Shown here: in pieces, positions 16,174-31,770 of the stretch | Layout: each line of letters opens with the position of its first letter | How positions within the stretch are numbered: the stretch's first letter is position 1 | From: the human T2T-CHM13v2.0 reference genome, Homo sapiens | Strand: one strand, 5' to 3' | Assembly: GCF_009914755.1 (NCBI RefSeq) | Contig: NC_060939.1 | Length of the DNA stretch: 64,000 nt | Program-made: the position numbers and the translations under genes | The notes under the pieces: generated by a model | The model's database searches: none | What the model was told of the DNA's origin: nothing | Seen by the model: the letters and a program-made list of their open reading frames with translations, nothing else

Positions 16174-16384
16174 ATGATCCTATTCCCAGAACTCAAGGAG
16201 AACGACAGTATTTTGCTGACCCTCCACCACAAGACCATAGACTAAGCCAAAGGAGATCTCACACTCCTCTCCCAGAATAGAAATTTCAAAACCAGCACCT
16301 AATCTGCAATAACCAATAAGCCCTTCTTATATGCTAGCATTCTCTACAATAGTACATGAAGTGGCTTTGAAATTTCCTTGCTGA

Positions 16385-16769
<385 letters not shown>

Positions 16770-17047
16770 TTACATACTTAAGGCGCCTCTGAGACAACTC
16801 AAAGTTGTCTCTCTGCAAATGCCAAGAGTTTGAGAAAATGGGACCAAAGCACTGAAGGAGGCCCTTGCCACATGCATTGTCAATGGATCCTACTATCATA
16901 TCATATAAAAAGGACACATTCAACATGCCCCAAGGCCTATGGCTGAGGTTTTGCTTTAATTGTCCACTTTTATCTTTTTCATTACCATTCACCTGCTAAT
17001 GTTTATATTGAAAATGTTTTCTCTAGACTTCTCCACAAAAATACTCA

Positions 17048-17308
<261 letters not shown>

Positions 17309-18404
17309 TCAGTAATCTTATCTGTAAAGCTGAATAGTTGGGGCAGAAATATAAAACCATTCTTAAGCACATACCCCAGTTTATTGATATCGGAGAGTTT
17401 ATAGGAGAATGTGCTACCTCTCAAGTGTGAGGGCCCACATGTGCACACGCACACATATGCACACACACACATACAAAACACCTTTCTTTTTTATGAAGGC
17501 TATTTGAAAAGAAAGTTGCAGGAGTTCCTAGGGTTTACTGCTAATCTTAAAACTGTTTTTATGTGTTTTTTTCTCCATAGCAATGACATTTCTAAAAGAA
17601 TTGTTTTTCTCCAAACTAATCTATTTCTATCCAAAATGTTTTTCACATTTTTCTATTATCCTAGGGCAGAATCAACTCATTTAAAACAAACAAGATACAG
17701 GCTTCAATGAGAAGAAAAGACCCAGAATAAACAGTAAGTGATTCTGTCACCAGAGCCAAGTGGAAGCAGAGGACTATAATTCTTATTCCGCAGCTTTTAT
17801 TTCACCTGAAAACCTGCAAATAGGCACAATTATAAAAAGCAATTGACTCAAACCAAAGAGCTTCACTAAGCTAAATAGTTTAATCTTTCAAAGTAGGAAA
17901 ATAACACCTCATTTCTTACCCATCACACCCCAGAATAAAATTAAGGCCTAAACGTTCACAGTAAGACATACTTCAGAGTTTATGGCCTAATTTATTTTTT
18001 CATCATGGTTAACCAGAAAAGTGTGGACATTTTAGTTCCTCATTATGAAGTCGTGTTCATCATATCTTATCATGAGAAAGTCAAGTAGGCAGGTGTTTAC
18101 TGAGCATTAGCACAGGCCTGATACTCTGCATGGAATTTCACAACAGTTCTTTGCCCTCATGGGGCAACTGGGGTAATAAGACCTACAGAGGACAGACTAA
18201 ACTGTGTACCATTTCATGAAAAGCCATGCCCTTTCTTTCCTCCAGGTTGTTACACATGCTGTTCCCACATCACTGAATACTTAACCACAACCTTCCTTCA
18301 AGACTTGCTTCATGGTTACCTCATTATCTTTCTGGTCTCCAGAGTGGCTCTGTGCTCTGTTAATGCCTTATAAGGTGTTATAGGTCCATGCCCAGTGTCA
18401 TGCT

Positions 18405-18820
18405 ATGAGCACAGACTCAGGATCCAGTGTACCTAGGGATGAATCCTGGCTCTGCCATTTACTAGCTGTGTGACCCTGATGAAGTTATTTGACTGCCTCA
18501 ATTTCCCCATCTGTAAATGGTGATAATGATACTACTTACTTTATACAGTCAAGGTAAGGATTAAAATGAATTAATCCAGTGATTCTGCAGGTAAAGACTG
18601 TGAGCCACCAGCCTTAGCATAACCTAAGAATTTGTTGACATGCAAGTCTCAGGTCCCACTCCAGCTCTACTGAATCAGGAATGCTGGAAATGGGGCTAGA
18701 AATCTGTGTTTTAAAAAGTCCTCCAGGTGACTGAGATGCACATTCACATTTGAGAACTACTAAGTTAATATATTAAAGCATTTAGAAGAGCATGTAAGTA
18801 TCACCAGTAATTATGGTTAA
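18405..18820 (+). mobile_element. MIR interrupted by MER5 (about 18577-18762)
   Basis: MIR core gaatcctggctctgccatttactagctgtgtgacc; MER5 ctactgaatcag...tttgagaactact. Confidence 0.8.
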
Positions 18821-19669
18821 CAGTATTTATTTTGGGTAGTCTAGGAAGTGTGATTATTGGTGATTTCTTCTTTTTGTCTCATTTTTCCTAATTTTTCTAC
18901 TAAGATTGTGCTTATCTAAAAAGCAAATTAATCAGTTATTTTAAAAACTTCACTAAGAAAAAAGTCACCTACATAAACAACTACAGTCTGATAATGGATG
19001 TAATAAGGACCCTATACACAGTATAAAATGTAACAGGGGTTAAAAGGAGGGAAAACATCTAACACAACTAAGTTTATTACAGAGAATCTCACAGAGGCCA
19101 TCTTTGCTAGGTTTTAAAGAATAAGCAGAACTCCAGTTGGTTAAAAAATGGGGGCAGGTGTGGAAAGGGTTTTTCAGACAGAGAGAATAATGGGAATAAA
19201 AAATAAAGAAGTAAAAATATGTAAAATATATACTGTTGGGTTTTTGCACCACTTATGGGACTCTACAGAAGAAAGTTTAGAAATGTAGGCTACTTTAAAG
19301 TTTCCTTAGGAAACACACTAGCACTGGATGAAGAGTGACTCTGGGCATGACGTGCTTACTCCTCTGAACTCCAGGAAGACAGGACAGTGACTACCACACT
19401 ACCAAATTCCTTTCAGATTTCAATCCAGGCCCAGAGGACTCAGCCTCTGTTCTGTCTCCTCATCTGAGTGGGGCTTACTTTAGACTTTTATCACCCTTCT
19501 CAAGAGGGCATGGAGAGATTGAGTGAGAGGGAGGGGTCTGCAAGGAGCAAAGGGAAAGGGGAGGGTATATAGACCTGCTCTCCTCTCCCAGGCCAATCAG
19601 GGCCCACGAGTCAGCTACTTCTTTAATGCAACACTGTGTTCTGGCACTCACCACTGATTTTTATGTATT

Positions 19670-19712
19670 TGTGTGTGTGTGTGTGTGTGTGTGTGAGTGT
19701 GTATTTGTGTGT
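19670..19712. repeat. (GT)n microsatellite
   Basis: About 12 perfect GT units plus degenerate flanks. Confidence 0.95.
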
Positions 19713-19747
19713 ATTAAGCTATTATTTTTATTAAAAAATAAGAAATG

Positions 19748-20128
<381 letters not shown>

Positions 20129-21767
20129 TTATTCCTAATTAAGATTTGATATTACCACTTCTGACACTGAACATTACACCTTTTTGTTTAAATGGTAGGG
20201 GGTGGAGAATACTTTCTATTAAATATATAAAATCTTCAATACGTATAAGTGTTCTTTACCTAACTGAGCAATAAGGATTCTTTTACTCTCTAAGGAAAAC
20301 AAAACAAAATACATACATATGTATACATATTTTCACATAATTTTGTTCTTTATCCAACTAGTTAGCCAGGATAGGCAATATTTATCTAATGTCTCAGAGT
20401 TTTAGTGTCTACCTATGAAAAACAGGTGCGTTATTTTTTGATGCTAAGATTCTATGCGCACTCTCTAGTGATCCTTATAAAATAGTTATTTTAAAAAGCC
20501 CCAGAACTTGTTCTGATGATGCAAAGGAGGGATGATGAACACGGGCTGAGAGTAAGAGACCATAAACAGCCACTGTCATTCAGCTACAAGGGAAATAATG
20601 AGGCAACTTAGCCAGGCATCTAGCGAAGTGAAGCCCCAGTAAGCATTACTATATTTGGGGAACTCATATTTAAAGTAATTAATAGCTCTTCAACTCTTAG
20701 TGGCCAACTGACTTGAGAACGGGCAAAAAAAAGGCCATTAAAAAGGAAAGCCAAAGCTTCATATCCTTGGATAAGTCTATTACTTTTTAAGGCTCAATGT
20801 CCTTCTCCTGAAATAAGGACACAACACTGACCCGAATCTTTGCCCAGGGTGATTGTGAGGATCAGATACAAAGTATGTGAAAACCACAGTGCACTAAATT
20901 ATTTTTAAACTCATTTTTAATCTAAGCTTTTCTACTATCAAAACTACAGCCAATTACCCTTTCATAATCCCAAAACAGTAATGTTTAAGTAGCAGATCTT
21001 TTTAAATCAGTGTTTTAAAGATTTAGATGTTAAGAATTTAATATTACAGCCTTCCCTAATAGATTCTCTAGGGTTACACTAACATGACCAAACAGGGAAA
21101 ATATACATTTGAAAGCTGTTATGCAGTCAAGTGGCAGAATTCGAAATGGCTATGAACCAATCATTTAGGAGGTTAAAATCTCTCCAAAATAAAGGTTGAC
21201 ATATATTGCACTGGTGACCACTTTTACCAATGCAGTTGTAGAGTTTTCCATGGCAGAATCCTCCTGAAAGATGCTCTAACCCTAAAAGCTAGAAGGGGAC
21301 TCTAAGCACAGAAAAGACATGAAGCCAGGGGTATGATCCATTAAGTCTTTAAAAGCTATCTGCATCTATGTAATACCCATTTAATGTCCAGAGATGATAG
21401 AAGAATTGATAGCATACAATAGACAAGCAGATACTTAGAGATTTAACTTCTCTAGGCTTCTACTTCCTCATCTACGAAATGGGAATAAGAGTCTCTTCTG
21501 TGGGATAGACTGAAGAGGAGAGCACACATAAAGTGCTGCCTTGCACCTGGAGCACAGGAAGTACTCAACAAATCAAAGTTATCAGTACCAGGGAGAAGCA
21601 GAGTATTTCAATTATCTTTGTCCCTAAACTAAAAACCTTGCTCCTTAAAATAGTATTTGCACTAAGATCTCCTCCAAAACGATTTGTCACAGAAGTAGAG
21701 CATAAGAGGGCATTCTATAAATAAGAGGGGACTGTGTAGCAGGACACTGGGGAACAATAACACTTAC

Positions 21768-21871
21768 TTATCCAGTTTCTGACATTGAGGAAACTTTGCT
21801 CATTTGTCAGATCAAAAAGTAGAAGAAAACCCATAGCATCTCTGAAGAACGCTGTCGTTAAGCTACGAAAC
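21768..21871 (-). CDS. RAB27A: Rab27a coding exon 3 (104 nt), missing from the ORF track
   Basis: (R)[34 protein letters not shown]. Acceptor ttcctag|GTTTCG; donor TAA|gtaagt; phase fits both neighbouring exons. Confidence 0.99.
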
Positions 21872-22552
21872 CTAGGAACATAAAAGCAGAATGGTCAGTT
21901 AAACCACGGCCCCACTCCTGAAATATAAAACTACAAGCAATGCCTTCAGCCTCTTACAAAAGTTTACCAATAACAAGCTACATGGTGATATTTCAAAAGT
22001 ATATAGGATAGTTATTTATCACTTATATCAGTTTAAGTGTTAACAGACCATGTGATTTGAAAACCGAGGCTGCTGGAGAGGGATGACAAGAACCAGCTTG
22101 TGATCTTAGTCTCACCCAAGAATTTATGTACAATTATGAGTTAATTTGGCCAAAAGCAATATAGTGTATGTTTTCCTATTGTGAAAGCTTGACTTGACAT
22201 TACAATGTGTTCCATGATCTTTTAATTTCAGAATATGCAGAGATCTCTTATCTCTGATAGCCATTTGTTTGGCTTGAAGGTAAGAATCTCTTGACTCAGA
22301 CCTTATTCTGTCTTGGTACTCTGCCTTCCAAGGCTTTATCCTTCTGTCTTCCCTGTCTTCTCTCTCTCTCTCCCCACCCCCAACCCCACCCTATCACCAG
22401 TCAGTTTCCTCTCGTCTTTGCCTATATGTAAAACCTGTAACTGACAGGCAGGCTCCAGGGAAGAAAATATTGGTATGAATTTGTCATCTAATCAGCAATA
22501 TTAGGTTTTTCTCAAATACTTTTAATCAATGTTTTTATTAAAAAGAGTTCTT

Positions 22553-22840
22553 GGCCAGGGGCCATGGCTCACACCTGTAATCCCAGCACTTTGGGAGGTC
22601 AAGGCAGGCAGATCACCTGAAGTCAGGAGTTAGAGACCAGCCTGACCAACATGGAGAAACCCCAACTCTACTAAAAATACAAAATTAGCTGTGTGTAGTG
22701 GTGCACATCTGTAATCCCAGCTAATCGGGAGGCTGAGGCAGGAGAATCACTTGAACCAGCAAGGTAGAGGTTGCGGTGAGCTGAGATCACGTCAGCCTGG
22801 GCAACAAGAATGAAACTCCGCCCAAAAAAAAAACAAAAAA
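22553..22840 (+). mobile_element. AluSp-like
   Basis: ctgaccaacatggagaaa diagnostic; TSD aaaaagag(t/c)tctt. Confidence 0.95.
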
Positions 22841-23559
22841 GAGCTCTTATCTTTTAGAGCTACATTACCACAAGTATTAAAAATGAAATAATATAGTGTC
22901 TGGAATTTGCTTCTAAATTATATGGTAAGGGGGTGGGGTGAGAAGAGGTAAGGGGTATAAATGAAATTCTGTTGGCCACAATTTCATAATTGTTGAAGCT
23001 GAGTAATGGGTACATAGGTTTATCATATAATCCTTCCACTTTTGAATATCCTTGAAGTTTTCCATAATAAAAAGTTAAAAAACAAAATCCTTCAAGGTGG
23101 CTGTGAAAGAAAACAGAAGTTCTAGCTAACTGAAAGCAACTTTATATCAAGATTTCATGTGGCTTATTTTGGTCAAGTAACCCCTGGTCACATGAATTAA
23201 TTCCAACCAGATATCCCACTAGATTTCAACAGTCAGGTAAGAATAATGCATGTAACTTGGCCACTTTCTTGTGGTTGAGTAAATAGCAAAAGGAAATGGA
23301 GCAAAGTATCTAAGCAAAAAAAAATTAAAAGAAGGAAAAGAAAAAAGTCCACAAGTAAGAGTCATAACCTCTCCCTTGACCTTGTATGAAATAAGGCCAC
23401 CATTCTCATCTCAGACTTGACAAATTTCCTGCTAATTTGGCAGCATTCAAGTGCAAACCAACGAATTGGCTGGCTTTTTCCTGCTCAGGTCACTGTTTGA
23501 AGAATGTAACTATTTTTCCCTTTCCTTCAGTAAGGAGCACATAACTGAAGATCTCATAC

Positions 23560-23645
23560 CTCTCCTGCCCTGCTGTGTCCCATAACTGCAGGTGGATTCT
23601 CTGGCCTCTGCCAGTGGCTCCATCCGGCCCACTGGCTCTGTACAC
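23560..23645 (-). CDS. RAB27A: Rab27a coding exon 2 (86 nt)
   Basis: [29 protein letters not shown] with the G3 motif WDTAGQE. Acceptor ttttag|GTG; donor GAG|gtatga. Confidence 0.99.
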
Positions 23646-23984
23646 CTAAAACAGCAAAGTGAAAGAGAAAACAAAAGAGAACTTCTAACACCAGCGAACC
23701 TTCTCACCTTTTTGTTCAGTACAAATCCCAAAGGCATCTAAAATTCCAAAGAGAATGCCATCTGGAATACAACCATGTTTGTATTTATGTCAAATAATTA
23801 TATCCAGGTAATGTAATAAGTTATATTGAAATATATACATATATATCTTATAAATATATTGTAAAATATGAATACAAAACAACTTGTATAAAATATAATA
23901 ATTAGTTTACCTTTCCTCAAAGTTCTCTTGGGTCACTAGTTTCAGGAAATATTACTTTTCTATGGCTTTTCCCAATCTCATCTT

Positions 23985-24470
23985 TTTTGTTTGTTTAACC
24001 AGGGGGTACATGTGCAGGCTTGTTACGTAGATAGATTGCATAATGCTGGGGTTTGAGCATCTATTGAATTCATCACCCAAACAGTGAATGTAGTACCCAA
24101 TAAGTAGTTTTTCAGCCCCTCTCCCACTCCCTTCCCCCTTTTGGAGTCCCTAGTGTCTACTGTTTCTGTCTTTATGTCCATGCGTACCCATTGTTTAGTT
24201 CCCACTTATAAGTGAGAATGCATGTGGCATTTGATTTTCTGTTTCTGCATTAATTCACTGAGGATAATGGTCCCCAGCTCTATCCATGTTGCTGCAAAAG
24301 ACATAATTTCACTTTTTTATGGCTGCATAGTATTCTATGATGTATATGTACCACATTTTCTCTATCCAATCCACCACTGATAAGCACCTAGGGTTAGTTC
24401 CATGACTTTGCTATTGTGAATAGTGCTGCAATAAACATTTGAGTGCAGATGTATTTTTGGTAGAACAATT
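23985..24470 (-). mobile_element. L1PB/PA-type 3' end
   Basis: ggggtacatgtgcagg...cccacttataagtgagaa...ctattgtgaatagtgctgcaataaacat. Confidence 0.9.
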
Positions 24471-24519
24471 TTCCCTTGTCCCATCCCAAATTTTAAAAGT
24501 GCTCTTAAAAGAATTTTAT

Positions 24520-27000
<2,481 letters not shown>

Positions 27001-27910
27001 ACAATAAGTAACCAACAAAAATAATCACATACATATATGTAGATTCTATCAACTACACGTCAATACTAAAAATTTCATTAGGGCCCTACTGTTATTCAGT
27101 GGGTCTTAATCTCTATAAGCCTCTCTGGTAGTAGAATAAAATACTAGAATGGGCAAAAGGGAATGTTCTTCTGTCTTAAAAGCCAGGGACCTTTCCCCCT
27201 GACAGAATATGATCCATTAAAGGACCTTTGTCATTAATTTCCTGACAACTGGTTTACCTGCTTCAGGCCAACAATGGATTTTTCAACAAGAAATGTAGTC
27301 TAAGGAGAAAGCCATCTTTCCTCATCTGCAACTGTGACACCATGACCTTCTGCCTTCCCCTCCAACACTAGAATAACTTTCAGTCTCAAAGTCCTTAAAA
27401 AATAAATAAATAAAAGTTTCTCCCTTCAACATTCTGCAGAACATCACATTCACTACTGGCATTCCCCACTCCTACTCCAACCTCACCCTCCTGGCAGCAG
27501 TGATAAGTTCTGCCAGTTAGTGTTCCATGTGGAACTGCTGAGACTTTATTAGGAGAAATGCCATTAAAAATAATAAGATACCAAAGGTGGAAGACACAGC
27601 CCATAAAACAAGAGTATGAGGGGCAAGGTGGTTGGCAGGCTTCAAGACAAAGGTAGACAAATAACTTTCGGAGTTCAGAGGGAAGATACAAGCCAAAAGA
27701 GTACCAAGGTGACATTTTAAAGAACTGTCCACTTCCACTTTGTCTGCCTGGTTTTATATGAAGTGCTGTCAGCACAGCCTTTTCAATCATGTTGCCTGGA
27801 TTGAACATAACTCACTTTCATATGTACCTTTAATTTCAGATCCCAACCTTTGTCCTCCTAATTCCTACAAAGTAAACTAAACAGACCAGCAAATGTTGAC
27901 TTAACGATTA

Positions 27911-28111
<201 letters not shown>

Positions 28112-28344
28112 TCACCTGTAAAATACACACAAAATTTTTTAATTAAAATCCATTAGAAAACATTAATTATCCATTTAAAAAGTGACAACAATATTCAGTT
28201 TAACACCTAATGTTAACCTGTATGTCTACGGGTTGTATGAAAAGAGAGTTACATACATATTGTTCACCATCCTTGAAGACCTAATAACTAGCTAGATGAG
28301 AAGCTATTGAAATAGTAATTAACAGTGTAGTTTTAATTTAACAC

Positions 28345-28655
<311 letters not shown>

Positions 28656-28859
28656 TTATAGTACCATTAGGACAAAAATTTCAAGTGGGAATGATAATCA
28701 ACAAGAAGGTAACAGTCACTAAGTCTTATCTGTAGACCATATAGAACAAAAACTAATACAAGAAAAACAGAGGAAAGAGAATGTTATAAGGAATAACAGT
28801 AATCATTAGAGTGCAAGTGGTTCCAATTTCCCCTCCTTTTTCAAAGTCTCCTAGTGCTA

Positions 28860-29342
28860 AAATTTGCAATTGCAAACATAAGGAACCAGTCCAAATGCTC
28901 ACCAGTCAATGAGTAGATAAAGAAATTGTGGTACACCACAATTTTTTTATCTGTATATATATACACACACCACGGAATACTACTCAGCCACAAAAAGGAA
29001 CGAAATAATGGCATTCACAGCAATCTGGATGGAATTGAAGACAATTATTCTAAGTGAAGTAAGTCAGGAATGGAAAACCAAACATCATATGTTCTCACTC
29101 ATATGTAGGAGTGAAGCTATGAGGAAGCAAAGGCATAAGAATGATACAATGGACTTTGGGGACTCGGGTGGAAAGGGTGGGAGGCGGGTGAGGGATAAAA
29201 GACTACAGATTGAATACAGTGTACACTGCTTGGGTGATGGGTGCACCAAAATCTCAGAAATCACCACTAAAGAACTTATCCATGTAACTAAACACCACCT
29301 GTTCCCCAAAAACCTATGGAAATAAAAAAAAAAGAAAGAAAG
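28860..29342 (+). mobile_element. 5'-truncated L1PB 3' end
   Basis: Perfect 17-bp TSD aaagtctcctagtgcta (28843-28859 and 29343-29359); AATAAA plus A tail. Confidence 0.93.
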
Positions 29343-29857
29343 AAAGTCTCCTAGTGCTAGAACCTTGCCTTTTCTCTCTTTTTACATGGACATCTAGGCA
29401 ATTTCATTTATTCTATTCATTTTCACATGTTATTACGGTTCCTTCAAAGACACTGTTATTTCACAAGTAAATTTAGTCCCTGCTTCCTTACATATTACTA
29501 TTAATATGTACTACATATTAAGCCAGACTTCTCTAGAGTATCACTGCTCACTTGGGAACTGAGTTCCAGATTTGAACAGTCACTGCTCAGAGACCACAGT
29601 GCCACAACCAAGGGCTCGCTTACCTATGTTTACCTGGGTACTCTATCAAGAACTGCTAAAAATTCAGCTCTTCAGTACCGACTAAAACAAAAGTCCACCT
29701 TAAAGAAGAAAAATTCATTTATATCAGCAATACCTAACCACGGCTATTTTTGGTTCTTTGCAATCAGCACTTTTCATGATTTGTATTTACCTTCTAAATA
29801 GATTCAAACCCAAAATATCAGTCCAACTAGAAATGGGATCTCTCTCCAGGGGAGGTT

Positions 29858-30165
29858 TACTTTTTCATTAAAATTTTATTGATACATAATATTTGTATAT
29901 TTTTATGGGGTACATGTAATATTTTGTTACATGCATAGAATGTAATGATCACATGAAGGTATTTAGGGTATTTATTTCCTCGAGTATTTATCATTTCTAT
30001 GCATTGAGAACATTTCAAGTCCTCTCTTCTAGCTATTTTAAAATACACAATACATTTTTGTTAACTATAGTCACCCTAGTCTACTGTTGAACATTAGAAC
30101 TTATTCTTTCCATCTAACCATATGCTTGTACACATTAACCAACCTCTCTCCGTTTCCCCCGCCAA
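29858..30165 (-). mobile_element. L1MA 3' end
   Basis: tttatggggtacatgt...ttgttaactatagtcaccct. Confidence 0.85.
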
Positions 30166-31519
30166 TGCCAATAAACTCTCCTGAAAATCATAAAAACAAC
30201 TAGCTATCTCATTAACACTGACGACTCTACATGACTATTCAAACATACATATTTATCCATCTATACACATGCCAGATGTCCTACATTGGATGCTACTGAC
30301 TCCCGGCGTTATCCCCTTTTTACCCAGCACCATATCCAGAAACTTGGCTGCCATATTCAGTGCTTCCTGTAGGACTATTTCTATATATCCATAAAATTAA
30401 TAAAAACTCAGACAAGAATATTTACTGGTTTTCAGTGTTACCTCCCTCACCCCATCCTCAACTTGGGGACTCACCTTATGCTGAAAACTCCTGAATGCTG
30501 AGCCCCAAAAGCCACTGCAGTGTGTTTCCTCAGAGTGCTTCAGTGCAGATCTGCAACCTCACGTTTCAGGTATGGCTAGCCCGTGGATAAGGGCAGAGCC
30601 TCTACAAACATTCAAAATTCTATTTGCACACTATAAAGAGTGACACTTCACAGATGATGCCTTACCTGTCTTTATAGCTTGGATATTTGCAAGTATAGGT
30701 CACCAGTATTAATGACATATAACAGAATTCCTCTCCAAAAAACGACAACTTGGACATCAACATTATAGCACGTCATATCACAGCATCACACCTGGCTCTA
30801 AGTTATTGGAAATAAGAGCTAAGAATTGAAAAGCAAGTCCAGATAATGTTGACTCATTTGAGGGCTTCCCCTCAAACTGAATGGAGCAGCAGATAACAAT
30901 ACCGATCCTGCAGTGAGAATGATGCAAGAAGACACTGTGACTACCTTATTTCCTATTTATTTTTAATTTGAAAAAAAAGTTGGTATAACTATGTTTTTTA
31001 CATCACTTAGGGTACAGGAAAAAATGCTGTCACCAATGGCATCATATTCTAGAATTCTCTAAACTCACTTAAGTGGAATTCAAAGACTTAAATGAAACTA
31101 TCTCTAATGTGTTTCATTTCCATGGGTAATCACACATGTAAGTCTACAAATGATCTTCGTGAGTTTTGTTTTCTATTCACAATAGCAATACTGACCAAGT
31201 AATCATAAAGGGACTGTTAACAAACCAAATACCATAAATTGAAGGTATAGACACCACCATCAATATTAATCATAGTTTGCACTTTTCAGATTGTATCTTT
31301 AAGACAATTATCTGCTTTCTTGATCTGAAAATAAATGTTCAGACCTTCCACTCTCTGGGTTCAGTTTTCTAAAGGGTAAAACAGAACCCAGAGAGGTAGA
31401 CTGATTTGCACGATCTAGAATCTAGATCTCCTAGCTCCAAGTCCAATGCCTATTCTACCCCAAGCTTCATATCCATTATTCATTTTTGTTATAAATGCAC
31501 ATTGGGCTTTAAAGTGACC

Positions 31520-31770
31520 AGTAGTATGGTATCTTACAAGGTAACCTAATAGGAAACTCACCAAGTCAAGCAGAGCTGGGTTTGAATCCCAAATCTCCCA
31601 GATACCAATTACTTGGATGTCTTTGAGCCTTAGATTTCCAGGTTTCTGTTCTATAAAAAAGAATATACACTACCTCACACCATTATTCTGAGGATTCAAT
31701 GAGATACTGTTTATGGAGTGCCCAGCACAATGGTTGGCATATACTGGGTACTTAACTGTTGGCTCACTTT
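31520..31770 (+). mobile_element. MIR
   Basis: ctgggtttgaatccc...gaggattcaatgagat...cccagcacaatg. Confidence 0.75.

Noticed and set aside
23356-23372. taagagtcataacctct matches the reconstructed Alu target site near 8515
   Set aside because: One 17-mer match between some pair of positions in an AT-rich 64-kb window is plausible by chance, and there is no flanking similarity.
27395-27808. 137-aa minus-strand ORF just inside the intron after the first coding exon
   Set aside because: No homology or domain recognised; length is within chance expectation.
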